Below are positions 35,982-46,734 of a DNA stretch of 64,000 nucleotides, piece by piece. Where the stretch lies: assembly GCA_963752475.1 (NCBI GenBank), contig CAVVYR010000007.1, positions 128,001 to 192,000 on the forward strand, read 5' to 3'. Both the position numbers and the translations under genes were made by a program. A model generated the notes under the pieces. The model was not told where the DNA came from. It searched no databases and worked only from the letters and a program-made list of their open reading frames with translations. The DNA is from an uncultured Chloroflexia bacterium. GTDB lineage: Bacteria; Chloroflexota; Limnocylindria; Limnocylindrales; CSP1-4. Position 1 is the first letter of the stretch. Each line of letters opens with the position of its first letter.

Positions 35982-36346
35982 TCCAGCCCCAGAGCCGCTT
36001 GCGCGTGGCCGACAACACCGGTGCGCGCACCATCGAGTGCATCCGCATCCTGGGCCGCTCGCAGAAGCCCACGGCCGGTGTCGGAGACGTCATCGTCGCC
36101 TCGGTCAAGCAGGCCATCCCCAACGCCGCGGTCAAGAAGGGCGACATCGTCCAGGCCGTGATCGTGCGCACTGCCAAGGAATACGGGCGCCCCGATGGGA
36201 GCTACATCCGCTTCGACGAGAACGCGGCCGTGCTCATCAACAACCAGGGCAACCCGCGCGGCACGCGCATCTTCGGCCCCGTGGCTCGTGAGCTGCGCGA
36301 CCGTGACTACATGAAGATCATCTCGCTCGCTCCGGAGGTGCTGTAG
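35978..36346 (+). CDS. rplN: 50S ribosomal protein L14
   Basis: [27 protein letters not shown]. Confidence 0.98.
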   Translation: MIQPQSRLRVADNTGARTIECIRILGRSQKPTAGVGDVIVASVKQAIPNAAVKKGDIVQAVIVRTAKEYGRPDGSYIRFDENAAVLINNQGNPRGTRIFGPVARELRDRDYMKIISLAPEVL

Positions 36347-36805
36347 ATGGCACCGTCAGTCAAGCCCCGCCGCCACACCCGCGTCCCGGACCTGCGTACC
36401 GGGGACGAGGTGGTGGTGCTCAAGGGCAAGGATGCCGGCAAGCGCGGCGAGATCCAGAAGGTGCTGCGTCACCAGCAGGGATGGGCCCGCTCGACCGAGC
36501 GGTTCGGCTCCGGCTGGCAGGACAAGGCGCCCCTCTCCGGTGCTGCCGTCGTCATCGAGGGCATCAACGTCGCCAAGCGGCACACCAAGCCGCGTCAGGT
36601 GGCAGGCCGGACGGAGCGCCAGCCCCGCATCCAGCAGGGCGGCATCCTGGATATCCCCCAGCCCATCGCCATCAGCAACGTCATGCTCGTTTGTCCGCAC
36701 TGCTCGACCCCGACCCGCGTTCGCCATGAGCGCTCCGGTGACGGTCGCAGCATCCGCATCTGCAGGCACTGCAGCGAGTCCGTGACCCGAGCGGAGGCCA
36801 AGTAG
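36347..36805 (+). CDS. rplX: 50S ribosomal protein L24
   Basis: [35 protein letters not shown]. Confidence 0.95.
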   Translation: MAPSVKPRRHTRVPDLRTGDEVVVLKGKDAGKRGEIQKVLRHQQGWARSTERFGSGWQDKAPLSGAAVVIEGINVAKRHTKPRQVAGRTERQPRIQQGGILDIPQPIAISNVMLVCPHCSTPTRVRHERSGDGRSIRICRHCSESVTRAEAK

Positions 36806-37347
36806 TGAGCAGCGGACTGCGACAGCGCTATGAAGAAGAGGTCGTGCCGGCCCTCGTCAAGGAGTTCGATTACCAGAACCCCATGGAGGTCCCACGCCTG
36901 ACCAAGATCACCGTCAACATCGGCCTGGGTGAGGCGCTCACCAACAGCAAGGCCGTCGACGCCGCCGTGGCCGACATGACCACGATCACCGGCCAGAAGC
37001 CCGTCATCACCAAGGCCAAGCGGTCGATCGCCCAGTTCAAGATCCGTGAAGGGAACACCATCGGCGTCAAGGTCACCCTGCGTGGCCAGCGCATGTGGGA
37101 CTACCTGGAGCGACTGACCCGGCTGGCCCTGCCCCGGATCCGCGACTTTCGAGGTGTGCCGTCGCGGTCGTTCGACGGGCGAGGCAACTACTCGCTGGGG
37201 CTGCGCGAGCAGCTCGCGTTCCCGGAGATCGACTACGACAAGGTCGATCGCCTGCGCGGGCTGGAGATGACGGTCGTGACCACCGCCAAGACCGACGAGG
37301 AAGGCCAGCGTCTGCTGGGTCTCCTCGGCATGCCCTTCGAGAACTAA
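36805..37347 (+). CDS. rplE: 50S ribosomal protein L5
   Basis: [31 protein letters not shown]. Confidence 0.98.
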   Translation: MSSGLRQRYEEEVVPALVKEFDYQNPMEVPRLTKITVNIGLGEALTNSKAVDAAVADMTTITGQKPVITKAKRSIAQFKIREGNTIGVKVTLRGQRMWDYLERLTRLALPRIRDFRGVPSRSFDGRGNYSLGLREQLAFPEIDYDKVDRLRGLEMTVVTTAKTDEEGQRLLGLLGMPFEN

Positions 37348-37358
37348 GGAGCGACCGA

Positions 37359-37544
37359 ATGGCCAAGAAGTCCATGATCGCGAAGGCGAAGCGCGGATCG
37401 CGCTTCCCCGTGCGCTCCTACCACCGCTGCTTCGTCTGCGGCCGCTCCCGTGCGTACATGCGCCGGTTCGGTCTCTGCCGTATCTGCTTCCGGGAGCGTG
37501 CCCTGCAGGGCGAGCTGCCGGGCGTCACCAAGTCGAGCTGGTAG
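37359..37544 (+). CDS. rpsN: 30S ribosomal protein S14 type Z (zinc-binding, 61 aa)
   Basis: RCFVCGR...LCRICFR...LPGVTKSSW. Confidence 0.97.
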   Translation: MAKKSMIAKAKRGSRFPVRSYHRCFVCGRSRAYMRRFGLCRICFRERALQGELPGVTKSSW

Positions 37545-37548
37545 GCCC

Positions 37549-37944
37549 ATGAACGTATCCGATCCCATCGCCGACATGCTTACGCGCATCCGCAACGCCA
37601 GCCGGGCGCGTCATGACGAGGTCACCGTACCTGCGTCCAGGACCAAGCTGGCGATCGCCACCATCCTGCGCGAAGAGGGCTTCATCGAAGACTTCGCTGA
37701 ATCGCAGGCGGGTCCCCGCAAGAACATCGACATCCGGCTCAAGTACGTGGGCAAGGTGCCGGTGGTCAGCGGGCTCAAGCGCATCAGCAAGCCGGGTCTC
37801 CGGGTGTACGCATCCAAGACGGAGATCCCGCGCGTGCTGGGCGGACTCGGTGTCGTCATCGTCAGCACCAGTCAGGGCATCATGACCGGTCAGCAGGCTC
37901 GCAAGAGCCAGCTCGGCGGCGAGGTCCTGGCGTACATCTGGTAG
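37549..37944 (+). CDS. rpsH: 30S ribosomal protein S8
   Basis: [30 protein letters not shown]. Confidence 0.98.
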   Translation: MNVSDPIADMLTRIRNASRARHDEVTVPASRTKLAIATILREEGFIEDFAESQAGPRKNIDIRLKYVGKVPVVSGLKRISKPGLRVYASKTEIPRVLGGLGVVIVSTSQGIMTGQQARKSQLGGEVLAYIW

Positions 37945-37951
37945 GCGATCC

Positions 37952-38500
37952 ATGTCACGAGTCGGCAAGCTGCCCATCACCATCCCTTCCGGCGTCGAAG
38001 TCGCCGTCGAGGGCAACCACATCAAGGTCAAGGGCCCCAAGGGCGAGCTCGAGCGTGATATCACGCCGGTGCTGTCGGTCGTCACCGAAGACGACCAGCT
38101 GCGCGTCGAGCGTCCGAACGAGGAGAAGCGCTCGCGCGAGCTCCACGGCCTGACCCGTACGCTCATCAACAACATGGTCGTGGGTGTGACCGAAGGCTAC
38201 TCCCGCAACCTCGAGATCCAGGGCGTCGGTTACCGCGCCCAGCTCGTGGGCAAGAAGCTGCAGCTCAACCTGGGCTACAGCCACCCCATCGAGATCGATC
38301 CGCCGGAGGGCATCTCCTTCGCGGTCGAGAACACCAACAAGGTCGCCGTGACCGGCATCGACAAGCAGCTGGTCGGGCAGATCGCCGCGCAGGTGCGTGC
38401 TACTCGCAAGCCTGAGCCCTACAAGGGCAAGGGTGTCCGCTATGAGGGCGAGGTCGTGCGCCGCAAGGCCGGCAAGGCCGGCAAGATCGGCGGCGCCTAG
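37952..38500 (+). CDS. rplF: 50S ribosomal protein L6
   Basis: [22 protein letters not shown]. Confidence 0.98.
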   Translation: MSRVGKLPITIPSGVEVAVEGNHIKVKGPKGELERDITPVLSVVTEDDQLRVERPNEEKRSRELHGLTRTLINNMVVGVTEGYSRNLEIQGVGYRAQLVGKKLQLNLGYSHPIEIDPPEGISFAVENTNKVAVTGIDKQLVGQIAAQVRATRKPEPYKGKGVRYEGEVVRRKAGKAGKIGGA

Positions 38501-38582
38501 GCACCCCCGTCTACCCACTTAGATATCGCCTGGTCGCGGCGCCCACGAGGCGCCCGGCCGCTAGAGGAGACCGACGACCGCG

Positions 38583-38945
38583 ATGCCAACGGCACGAAGC
38601 CGCTCCGCCGCACGTCAGAAGCGTCACTCGCGGCTCCGCCTTCGTGTGGCGGGGTCCGCTGAGCGACCGCGCCTGGCGGTCTTCCGGAGCATCAACCAGA
38701 TCTACGCCCAGGTCATCGACGACGCCAGCGGGCACACCCTTGCCAGCGCTTCCTCCATGGAAGCGGAGGTCAAGAGTGCCGGTGGCACCAAGACCGAGCG
38801 CGCCAAGCAGGTCGGCACCCTCGTGGGTGACCGAGCCAAGGCCGCCGGGGTCGAGCGCGTCGTATTCGACCGCGCCGGGTTCAAGTACCACGGACGGATC
38901 CGTGCGCTCGCCGAGGGCGCTCGCGACTCCGGCCTGGAGTTCTAG
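38583..38945 (+). CDS. rplR: 50S ribosomal protein L18
   Basis: [21 protein letters not shown]. Confidence 0.98.
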   Translation: MPTARSRSAARQKRHSRLRLRVAGSAERPRLAVFRSINQIYAQVIDDASGHTLASASSMEAEVKSAGGTKTERAKQVGTLVGDRAKAAGVERVVFDRAGFKYHGRIRALAEGARDSGLEF

Positions 38946-38953
38946 GAGGGCCC

Positions 38954-39514
38954 ATGGCTCGGATCGATCCCAGCAAGCTCGCGCTCGAGGAGCGCGTCGT
39001 CCAGATCAATCGCGTGGCCAAGGTGGTCAAGGGTGGTCGGCGCTTCAGCTTCTCCGCGGTGGTCGTCGTCGGTGACGGCGAAGGACACGTCGGTGTCGGC
39101 CTGGGCAAGGCCGGCGAGGTGCCCGAGTCCATCCGCAAGGGCGTCGAGGACGCCAAGAAGAATCTCATCAAGGTGCCGCTGGTCGGTACCACCGTGCCCC
39201 ACGAGGTGCGCCAGCAGTACGGTGCCAGTACCGTCATGCTCAAGCCGGCCTCGCAGGGAACCGGCGTCATCGCTGGTGCCTCCGTTCGCGCCGTCGTCGA
39301 GGCCGCCGGCATCCGTGACATCCTGTCCAAGTCGCTTGGCTCCAACAACCCCGTCAACGTCACTCGCGCGACCCTGGAGGGTCTGCGGGCCATGCGTTCC
39401 GCCGCCGAGCTGTCGGAGTGGCGCGGCAAGAAGCTGCGGTCAGTCATCCCCGGCCAGCCCATGCCGGGCAGCGACGAGTCCGTGGTGGGCGGGGAGGCCG
39501 TCGATGGCCAGTAA
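38954..39514 (+). CDS. rpsE: 30S ribosomal protein S5
   Basis: [24 protein letters not shown]. Confidence 0.98.
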   Translation: MARIDPSKLALEERVVQINRVAKVVKGGRRFSFSAVVVVGDGEGHVGVGLGKAGEVPESIRKGVEDAKKNLIKVPLVGTTVPHEVRQQYGASTVMLKPASQGTGVIAGASVRAVVEAAGIRDILSKSLGSNNPVNVTRATLEGLRAMRSAAELSEWRGKKLRSVIPGQPMPGSDESVVGGEAVDGQ

Positions 39515-39740
39515 GCTCCTCGTCACGCTCAAGAAGTCGATCGTCGGCACCAACCCCAAGGCTCGCGGCACCGTCCGCGCTCTGGGCCTGCGCCGCATCG
39601 GCCAGACCGTCGAGCTGCCAGACGACCCCGCGGTCCGCGGTCAGATCCGCGCCGTGAACTACCTCGTCGAGTTCGAGGAGGTCGCGGCGACTCGCGCCAA
39701 GAAGGCGACCCCCAAGAAGAAGGAAGAGGCTGAGGCGTGA
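39504..39740 (+). CDS. rpmD: 50S ribosomal protein L30
   Basis: [15 protein letters not shown]...[11 protein letters not shown]; ATG at 39504. Confidence 0.95.
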   Translation: MASKLLVTLKKSIVGTNPKARGTVRALGLRRIGQTVELPDDPAVRGQIRAVNYLVEFEEVAATRAKKATPKKKEEAEA

Positions 39741-40450
39741 AGCTCCATGACCTGAAGCCGGCGCCCGGCTCACAGAAGCGGCGCATCCGCGTCGGCCGCG
39801 GCATCGCCGCCGGCCGCGGCAAGACCGCCGGACGTGGCACCAAGGGCCAGAAGTCCCGCTCCGGTGCCAGGATCCCCGGCTGGTTCGAAGGCGGTCAGAC
39901 GCCCATCCACGTCCGCGTGCCCAAGCTGCGCGGCTTCAAGCCCGTCAACCGCATCGACTATCAGGTGGTCAACGTCGGCCGCATCTCCGAGTACGCCGTC
40001 GCCGGCCGCTTCGGTGAGGGCGGGTCGGGCCCCATCACGGTCGATGGCGAGGTCCTCGCTGCGGCCGGTCTCATCGCCCACGCCGACCGACCGGTCAAGG
40101 TGCTCGGTGATGGCGACCTCGAGGTAAAGGTGGCCGTCACGGCCGATGCCTTCACCAAGTCGGCCAAGTCCAAGATCGAGGACGCCGGCGGGTCGGTGGA
40201 ACTGCTGAACCCGCCTGCTCCCGAGCCTGAGCCCGAAGCCGAGGCCCCCGCCGAGGAGGCTGCCCCTGTGGCCGCCGCCAGGACCGAGGCCCCCGCCGGG
40301 GATCCCCCGGCCGAAGCTGCGCCCGAAGCCGCCGAGGAAGCGACCGAGACCGAGGCTCCCGCCGAGGAGACCAAGGCCCAGGCCGTTGCCGAGGAGGCCC
40401 CCGAGGCGGAGGCTGAGACCGAGTCCTCCGACGAGCCGGTAGCCGAGTAA
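39737..40450 (+). CDS. rplO: 50S ribosomal protein L15 with ~80-aa acidic C-terminal tail
   Basis: RVGRGIAAGRGKTAGRGTKGQKSRSG, FEGGQTP, KVLGDG. Confidence 0.97.
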   Translation: MKLHDLKPAPGSQKRRIRVGRGIAAGRGKTAGRGTKGQKSRSGARIPGWFEGGQTPIHVRVPKLRGFKPVNRIDYQVVNVGRISEYAVAGRFGEGGSGPITVDGEVLAAAGLIAHADRPVKVLGDGDLEVKVAVTADAFTKSAKSKIEDAGGSVELLNPPAPEPEPEAEAPAEEAAPVAAARTEAPAGDPPAEAAPEAAEEATETEAPAEETKAQAVAEEAPEAEAETESSDEPVAE

Positions 40451-40453
40451 CCC

Positions 40454-41740
40454 GTGTTCGAAGCCCTCGTCAACGCGTTCCGTGCGCCGGACATCCGCAA
40501 GCGCATCCTCTTCATCCTGGGGATGCTCATCATCGTGCGGATGCTGGCGCACGTGCCCGTACCCGGCATCGATCGCGAGGCTCTCTCGGGCATCATCGGC
40601 GAGAACAGCTTCCTGCAGATGCTGAACCTCTTCTCCGGAGGTGGCCTGCAGAACTTCTCCATCATCGCGTTGGGTGTGAATCCCTACATCAACGCGTCGA
40701 TCATCATGCAGCTGATGACGGGTGTCGTACCCCGTCTGCAGCAGCTCTCCCGCGAGGGTGAGTACGGCCGCGGCAAGATCAACTCGTACACGCGCTACCT
40801 GACGGTGCCGCTGGCGATCCTGCAGTCGTACGGCTACCTGGCCCTGCTGTCCTCGGGTACCAACCCGGCGGTGCCGAACTTCGACATCACCAGCTTCACC
40901 ACGCTGACGCAGATCATCACGCTCACTGCCGGCACCATCCTCGTGATGTGGATCGGCGAGCTCATCAGCGAGCGCGGCATCGGCAACGGCATCAGCTTCA
41001 TCATCTTCGCCGGCATCGTGGCCGGTCTGCCGGGTGCGGTGAACACCTTCCTGGCCTCACCCGACCTCGCCGCCGGTCTCGCCTTCGGGGCCCTGGCTAT
41101 CGCTGCGGTTGCCATCATCGTCTACATCCAGGAGGGCCAGCGCCGCATCCCCATCCAGTACGCCAGCCGCGTCCGCGGCCGCCGCATGTACCAGGGTGGT
41201 GCCACGTTCCTGCCGCTGCGCGTGAACCAGGCCGGCGTCATCCCCATCATCTTCGCTATCTCCATCCTGCTCTTCCCGGTGCAGATGGCCAGCTACTTCA
41301 GCGCCTCCGGCGGCGTCATCGAGGACATCGCCAACGTGGTCATCGACTGGCTCAGTCAGGGCAGCCCGGTCTACGCGCTGACCTTCTTCCTGCTGGTCGT
41401 CGGATTCACGTACTTCTACACCGCGTTCACCTTCAAGCCCGATGAGACGGCCGACCAGCTTCGCAAGAACGGTGGCTTCATCCCGGGTATCCGGCCGGGC
41501 GCGCCGACCCGCGACTACCTGGCCAAGGTGGTCTTCCGCATCAGCCTCGCCGGCGCCATCTTCCTGGGCATCGTCGCGGTCAGTCCCATCATCGTCGGCT
41601 CCCTCTTCGCAGGCAGCGTCATCGGCTCATTCAGCCTCGGCGGCACGGCACTCCTCATCGTCGTGTCGGTCGTGGTGGAGACGATGAAGCAGCTCGAGGC
41701 GCAACTGATGATGCGTAACTACGAGGGTTTCATCAAGTGA
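40454..41740 (+). CDS. secY: Preprotein translocase subunit SecY
   Basis: FSIIALGVNPYINASII, GIGNGISFIIF, IPGIRPG, GGTALLIVV. Confidence 0.98.
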   Translation: MFEALVNAFRAPDIRKRILFILGMLIIVRMLAHVPVPGIDREALSGIIGENSFLQMLNLFSGGGLQNFSIIALGVNPYINASIIMQLMTGVVPRLQQLSREGEYGRGKINSYTRYLTVPLAILQSYGYLALLSSGTNPAVPNFDITSFTTLTQIITLTAGTILVMWIGELISERGIGNGISFIIFAGIVAGLPGAVNTFLASPDLAAGLAFGALAIAAVAIIVYIQEGQRRIPIQYASRVRGRRMYQGGATFLPLRVNQAGVIPIIFAISILLFPVQMASYFSASGGVIEDIANVVIDWLSQGSPVYALTFFLLVVGFTYFYTAFTFKPDETADQLRKNGGFIPGIRPGAPTRDYLAKVVFRISLAGAIFLGIVAVSPIIVGSLFAGSVIGSFSLGGTALLIVVSVVVETMKQLEAQLMMRNYEGFIK

Positions 41741-42447
41741 CATCAGAAGCTGCCGCCGGCATGGCAGCTCGCAACGGGGGAACGCGCCGCATCATCGTGA
41801 TGATGGGTGCCCCCGGCGCGGGCAAGGGCACGCAGGCCGAGCGCCTGGCTGAGGCCTTGTCCCTGCCGCACGTCTCTACCGGAGAGCTCTTCCGGGCCAT
41901 GCTCAAGAGCGACACGCCGCTCGCGCGGAAGGTTCAGGACTACATGGAATCGGGTGCGCTCGTGCCTGACGACATCGTTCTGGCCATGGTCGACGATCGC
42001 CTCACCTGGAACGACGCCAGAGACGGCGTCATCCTCGATGGCTTCCCACGCACGGTCGCGCAGGCCGAGGCGCTCGATCGGATGCTGGCCAGGCTGGGCG
42101 CGTCCGTCTCGGCGGTGCCCTACATCGAGGTCCCGACCGAGCTGCTGCTGGCGCGCCTGACCGGCCGCCGCATCTGCACCAAGGACGACCAGCACCTGTA
42201 CCACGTCGTGGGCATGCCGCCCATGAAGGAAGGCATCTGCGACATCGACGGTGCCGAGCTGTACCAGCGCAAGGACGACAGCGAGGAGACCGTCCAGGAT
42301 CGCCTCGACAAGCAGCTGCCGCCCATGTTCGAGGTCGTCGACTACTACGCGGGCAACAACGTGCTCTTCTCTGTGCCCGGCGATCAGCCGCCGGCCGATG
42401 TGACCGAGGAGCTGCTCCGCGTCATCAACACCAAGACCCAAGCCTAA
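41737..42447 (+). CDS. adk: Adenylate kinase
   Basis: GAPGAGKGTQA, LDGFPRT, LID domain RRIC...CDID. Confidence 0.97.
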   Translation: MTSEAAAGMAARNGGTRRIIVMMGAPGAGKGTQAERLAEALSLPHVSTGELFRAMLKSDTPLARKVQDYMESGALVPDDIVLAMVDDRLTWNDARDGVILDGFPRTVAQAEALDRMLARLGASVSAVPYIEVPTELLLARLTGRRICTKDDQHLYHVVGMPPMKEGICDIDGAELYQRKDDSEETVQDRLDKQLPPMFEVVDYYAGNNVLFSVPGDQPPADVTEELLRVINTKTQA

Positions 42448-43272
42448 GTGCTCTTCGACCGTCGCCGCGTGGTGCTCAAGTCTCGATCACAGATCGAGAA
42501 GATGGCCGTGGCCGGCGATCTCACCGCGGCTGCGCTCGATGCCGTGGCTGAAGCCATCCGTCCGGGCGTGACGCCGCTGCAGCTGAACGCCATCGCCGAC
42601 GAGGTCATCCGCGACGGGGGCGGGACGCCCAACTTCATCGGCGTTCCCGGCCACCTCGCACCCTTCGAGCACGCCACCTGCATCTCCATCGACGACGAGG
42701 TCGTCCATGGTGTCCCCGACGACCGCGTCATCGAGGAGGGCATGATGGTCTCGGTCGACTGCGGGGCCGAGGTCGACGGCTGGAACGGCGACTCCGCCCG
42801 CACCTTCCTCATGGGCGACGTGCCCGAGGAGATGCGCAAGCTTTCGGAGGTCACGCGCGCGGGCATGCTCGCGGGCGTGAAGGCCTCGATCCCGGGCAAC
42901 ACGCTCGAGGACGTGGCCGCCGCCATCGAGGACGTCGGCCTGACCGCGGGCTACGGCATCGTGCGGGGCTACGTCGGACACGGCATCGGCAACGAGATGC
43001 ACGAGGAGCCGCAGGTCACCAACTACCGCACCGGCCGCCGTGGTCGCAAGATCGAGCCCGGCCTGTGCATCGCCATCGAGCCCATGTTCACCATCGGCTC
43101 CCACGAGACCCGCGTGAAGGCCGATGGCTGGACCGTGGCCACCGCTGACGGCAGTCTGGCTGCCCACTGGGAGCACTCCATCGCCGTCACCACCGCCGGT
43201 CCGCGCATCCTGACGCTGGCCGCCGGCGAGGTCATCGAGGGCCTGACGAGCATGGCCGGAGCGAGCGCATGA
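42448..43272 (+). CDS. map: Methionine aminopeptidase type I
   Basis: EVVHGVP, DSART, GHGIG..MHEEP, AIEPM, AHWEHS. Confidence 0.97.
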   Translation: MLFDRRRVVLKSRSQIEKMAVAGDLTAAALDAVAEAIRPGVTPLQLNAIADEVIRDGGGTPNFIGVPGHLAPFEHATCISIDDEVVHGVPDDRVIEEGMMVSVDCGAEVDGWNGDSARTFLMGDVPEEMRKLSEVTRAGMLAGVKASIPGNTLEDVAAAIEDVGLTAGYGIVRGYVGHGIGNEMHEEPQVTNYRTGRRGRKIEPGLCIAIEPMFTIGSHETRVKADGWTVATADGSLAAHWEHSIAVTTAGPRILTLAAGEVIEGLTSMAGASA

Positions 43273-43290
43273 GCTCGAACCGACCGAGGC

Positions 43291-43320
43291 TTGCGGAAAC
43301 TCGGACCCTTCTGATACACT
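43291..43320 (+). promoter_or_regulatory. Internal promoter for the infA-rpmJ-alpha operon
   Basis: TTGCGG-18 nt-TACACT with extended TG. Confidence 0.6.
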
Positions 43321-43432
43321 CATCCTTCGCGCGCCGGGCGTGTCCCGGCGCTTGTTGGCGCCCGGCTGACGGCTTTCGTCACGGTGTTGGGCGCACCCAT
43401 TCCAACAAGTAGTCGGGGTCTAGCGGTCGCCT

Positions 43433-43651
43433 GTGGCAAAGCGAGATGCAATCGAGGTCGAAGGAACGGTCATCGAGCCGTTGCCGAACACCATGTTCCG
43501 GATCGAGCTCGAGGATAAGCATCAAGTGCTGGCGCACATCAGCGGCAAGCTGCGGATGAACTTCATCCGAATCCTCCCCGGCGACCGCGTTCGCGTCGAG
43601 TTGTCGCCGTACGACCTCTCTCGCGGCCGCATCACATATCGACTCAAGTAG
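43433..43651 (+). CDS. infA: Translation initiation factor IF-1
   Basis: [34 protein letters not shown]. Confidence 0.98.
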   Translation: MAKRDAIEVEGTVIEPLPNTMFRIELEDKHQVLAHISGKLRMNFIRILPGDRVRVELSPYDLSRGRITYRLK

Positions 43652-43668
43652 GACACGGACACAACGAC

Positions 43669-43782
43669 GTGAAGGTCTCTGCATCGGTTAAGAGGCGCTG
43701 TGATCGCTGCAAGGTGATCCGGCGGAAGGGGCGAGTGATGATCATCTGCTCGAACCCCAAGCACAAGCAGCGCCAGGGCTAG
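43669..43782 (+). CDS. rpmJ: 50S ribosomal protein L36 (zinc-binding); not in the ORF track
   Basis: Hand translation from GTG: [37 protein letters not shown]. Confidence 0.96.
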   Translation: MKVSASVKRRCDRCKVIRRKGRVMIICSNPKHKQRQG

Positions 43783-43790
43783 GAGGAACG

Positions 43791-44162
43791 GTGGCACGTA
43801 TCGCCGGCATCGATATCCCCCGCGAGAAGCGGGTGGAGATCGCGCTGACCTACATCTATGGGATCGGGCTGTCCACCAGCCAGAAGGTCCTCGAACAGGC
43901 CAACGTGAACCCGGACACCCGTGTCCGTGACCTCACCGATGAGCAGGTCAACCGCCTGCGCGACATCATCGACCGCCGCCACACCGTCGAGGGCGACCTT
44001 CGCCGCGAGACGGCCATGAACATCAAGCGGCTGACCGAGATCGGTTCCTACCGCGGCCTGCGACACCGGCGCAACCTGCCGGTCCGTGGCCAGCGCACCA
44101 AGACCAACGCACGCCAGCGACGAGGTCCCAAGAGGACCGTCGGCGTCCGGCGCAAGAAGTAA
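43791..44162 (+). CDS. rpsM: 30S ribosomal protein S13
   Basis: [21 protein letters not shown]. Confidence 0.98.
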   Translation: MARIAGIDIPREKRVEIALTYIYGIGLSTSQKVLEQANVNPDTRVRDLTDEQVNRLRDIIDRRHTVEGDLRRETAMNIKRLTEIGSYRGLRHRRNLPVRGQRTKTNARQRRGPKRTVGVRRKK

Positions 44163-44235
44163 CCCAACCCGCCACCGCGGCCAGTCCCAGTAGCTGGCCA
44201 GCCGAGCGGCGAAACGCAGGAGAGACACTCGATCG

Positions 44236-44631
44236 ATGGCGGAACGAAAGCGCGCCACGAAGTCCAGGCGCAAGGAGAAGAAGAACGTGCCCCAGGGGCA
44301 CGTCCATATCCAGGCGTCCTTCAACAACACGATCGTGACGATCACGGACCTCAGTGGTGCAGTCGTGGCTTGGGGTAGCGCCGGCACGGCCGGGTTCAAG
44401 GGCTCCCGCAAGTCCACGCCCTATGCCGCCGCGCTCGCGGCCGATGGCGCGGCCAAGCGCGCCATGGAGCACGGCATGCGCCAGATCGAAGTGTTCGTCA
44501 AGGGTCCCGGTTCCGGGCGCGAGCAGGCCATCCGCTCGCTGCAGGCTGCCGGCCTCGAGGTCAGCGCCATCACCGACGTCACCCCACTCCCGCACAACGG
44601 CTGCCGCGCGCCCAAGCGGCGTCGCGTCTAG
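44236..44631 (+). CDS. rpsK: 30S ribosomal protein S11
   Basis: [31 protein letters not shown]. Confidence 0.98.
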   Translation: MAERKRATKSRRKEKKNVPQGHVHIQASFNNTIVTITDLSGAVVAWGSAGTAGFKGSRKSTPYAAALAADGAAKRAMEHGMRQIEVFVKGPGSGREQAIRSLQAAGLEVSAITDVTPLPHNGCRAPKRRRV

Positions 44632-44641
44632 GAGGCCCGTC

Positions 44642-45265
44642 ATGGCTCGATATCGTGGCCCCGTCGGTCGTCTGTGCCGGCGTGAGGGCGTCCATCTCTT
44701 CCTCAGCAACAAGTGCTACACCAAGAAGTGCCCGCTGGAGCGCCGGCCCAGTCCGCCAGGCCAGCACGGCATCCGTCGCCGCAAGATGTCCAACTACGGC
44801 ATCCAGCTGCGCGAGAAGCAGAAGGTCCGCCGCGTGTACGGCGTCAACGAGCGCCCCTTCAAGCGCTACTACGAGACCGCCGCTTCGCGCCCCGGTGTCA
44901 CCGGTGAGAACCTGCTCCGTCTGCTCGAGACCCGTCTCGACAACGTCGTCTTCCGCATGGGCTACGCCACCAGTCGCCCGCAGGCCCGCCAGCTGGTGAG
45001 CCACGGTCACTTCGAGGTCAACGGTGTCCGCACCAACGTGCCCTCCTTCCGCGTCCGCGAGGGCGACAAGATCGAGGTCCGTGCCAAGAGCAAGAAGACC
45101 GAATACTTCAAGCAGCTGAAGGACGCCATCGGTGGCGCCCAGAAGCCCGAATGGGTCAGCGTCGACGCCGACAAGCTCGCCGGGACCGTCTCTGCCCTGC
45201 CGACCCGCGACCAGATGCCGCTCGAGCTCAACGAGCAGCTCGTGGTCGAGTACTACTCGAGGTAG
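44642..45265 (+). CDS. rpsD: 30S ribosomal protein S4
   Basis: MARYRGP, QLREKQK, LETRLDNVVFRMG, VVEYYSR. Confidence 0.98.
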   Translation: MARYRGPVGRLCRREGVHLFLSNKCYTKKCPLERRPSPPGQHGIRRRKMSNYGIQLREKQKVRRVYGVNERPFKRYYETAASRPGVTGENLLRLLETRLDNVVFRMGYATSRPQARQLVSHGHFEVNGVRTNVPSFRVREGDKIEVRAKSKKTEYFKQLKDAIGGAQKPEWVSVDADKLAGTVSALPTRDQMPLELNEQLVVEYYSR

Positions 45266-45274
45266 CGCCACCAC

Positions 45275-46330
45275 ATGATCGAGTTGGAGAACGCCCAGAT
45301 CGAGTCCGTCGAGGAACTCGAGACTGAGACGTACGGCAAGTACGAAGCGAGCCCGCTTCGCGCCGGTTACGGCGTCACACTGGGCAACGCGCTTCGTCGC
45401 GTGCTGCTCTCCTCCCTGGAGGGGGCGGCTGTCACGTCCGTGCAGATCCGTGACGTCAGCCATGAGTTCAGCACCATCGCCGGGGTCAAGGAGGATGTCA
45501 TCCAGATCCTCCTCAACCTCAAGCGACTGCGACTCAAGAGCTACGTCCCTCACCCGACCCAGCTGAAGCTCGTCAAGAGCGGCGCCGGGCCCGTCACCGC
45601 GGCTGACATCGTCGAGTCCGCAGACGTCGAGATCGTCAACCCGGACCAGCACATCCTGACGCTGGAGCCTGACGCGACCATCGAGATGGACCTCACCGTG
45701 GAGCGGGGCACCGGCTACCTGTCGGCGGAGGACACCAAGGAAGGCCTGCCCATCGGCGTCATCCCCGTCGACGCGATCTTCACGCCCGTGCGCAAGGTCG
45801 ACTACCACGTCGAGAACACGCGCGTCGGCCAGGTCACCAACTACGACAAGCTGACGCTGGAGATCGAGACCGACGGCACCATCTCCCCGGAGGAGGCGCT
45901 CTCGCGCGCCGCCGAGATGCTGGTGGAGCAGTTCGGCCAGTTCACCACCGCCGGCCGCCAGCTGACCAGCGAGGTCGAGGCCGTGAGCGGGCAGGAGACA
46001 CTGCCGCCCAACGTGCTCGACATGCCCATCGAGGACCTGGACCTGCCGATGCGTGCCTACAACTCGCTGAAGCGCAACAACATCGTCAAGGTCGGGCAGC
46101 TGCTGCAACTCCAGGACGAGGATCTGCTGCGGATGCGCAACTTCGGCAAGAAGTCCCTCGATGAGATGAAGGATCGTCTGCGCATGCGTGGCTTCCTGCC
46201 GCCCGAGGACGAGGCCCTGGAAGGCTTCGAGGGCGAGGAGGGCGCTGAGGTGGCGGCCGCGGAAGGCTTCGAGGTCGAGGCGGAAGCGGACCTGGAGGCC
46301 GCGGATGAGCCCTTCAAGGAGGAGGCCTAG
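45275..46330 (+). CDS. rpoA: RNA polymerase alpha subunit (acidic C-terminal tail)
   Basis: GYGVTLGNALRRVLLSS, RAYNSLKR, NFGKKSLDE. Confidence 0.98.
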   Translation: MIELENAQIESVEELETETYGKYEASPLRAGYGVTLGNALRRVLLSSLEGAAVTSVQIRDVSHEFSTIAGVKEDVIQILLNLKRLRLKSYVPHPTQLKLVKSGAGPVTAADIVESADVEIVNPDQHILTLEPDATIEMDLTVERGTGYLSAEDTKEGLPIGVIPVDAIFTPVRKVDYHVENTRVGQVTNYDKLTLEIETDGTISPEEALSRAAEMLVEQFGQFTTAGRQLTSEVEAVSGQETLPPNVLDMPIEDLDLPMRAYNSLKRNNIVKVGQLLQLQDEDLLRMRNFGKKSLDEMKDRLRMRGFLPPEDEALEGFEGEEGAEVAAAEGFEVEAEADLEAADEPFKEEA

Positions 46331-46333
46331 CCG

Positions 46334-46687
46334 ATGGCCCACCGCATCGATGGCCGCAAGTTCGGCCGCCAGACCGCCCCGCGCAAGGCCATGTACGCCA
46401 ACCTCATCGTGGCCGTCCTGCGCTATGAACAGATCAAGACCACCGAGGCCAAGGCCAAGGAAGTCCGCGGCATGGTCGAGCGTGTCATCACGCTGGCCAA
46501 GGGTGGCTCGCTCGCCGAGCGCCGCCGCATCGTATCCGAGCTGCCCAACGAGCCGCTCGTGATCGAGAAGCTCTACGACGAGATCGCTCCCCGCTACGGG
46601 GATCGCAACTCGGGCTACACCCGGATCGTCAAGCTTGGCCCCCGGCCCGGCGACAACGCTCCGATGGTTCAGCTCGAGCTGGTCTAA
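46334..46687 (+). CDS. rplQ: 50S ribosomal protein L17
   Basis: IKTTEAKAKE, GYTRIVKLGPRPGDNA. Confidence 0.98.
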   Translation: MAHRIDGRKFGRQTAPRKAMYANLIVAVLRYEQIKTTEAKAKEVRGMVERVITLAKGGSLAERRRIVSELPNEPLVIEKLYDEIAPRYGDRNSGYTRIVKLGPRPGDNAPMVQLELV

Positions 46688-46734
46688 GCAAGCCGTATCG
46701 CCGGGCGCGGGAGCGTCAGGGGAGTGCGGTCAAG

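Noticed and set aside
43269-43412. 47-codon ORF starting at the ATGA overlapping the map stop
   Set aside because: Non-coding codon usage; overlaps the infA promoter and structured leader
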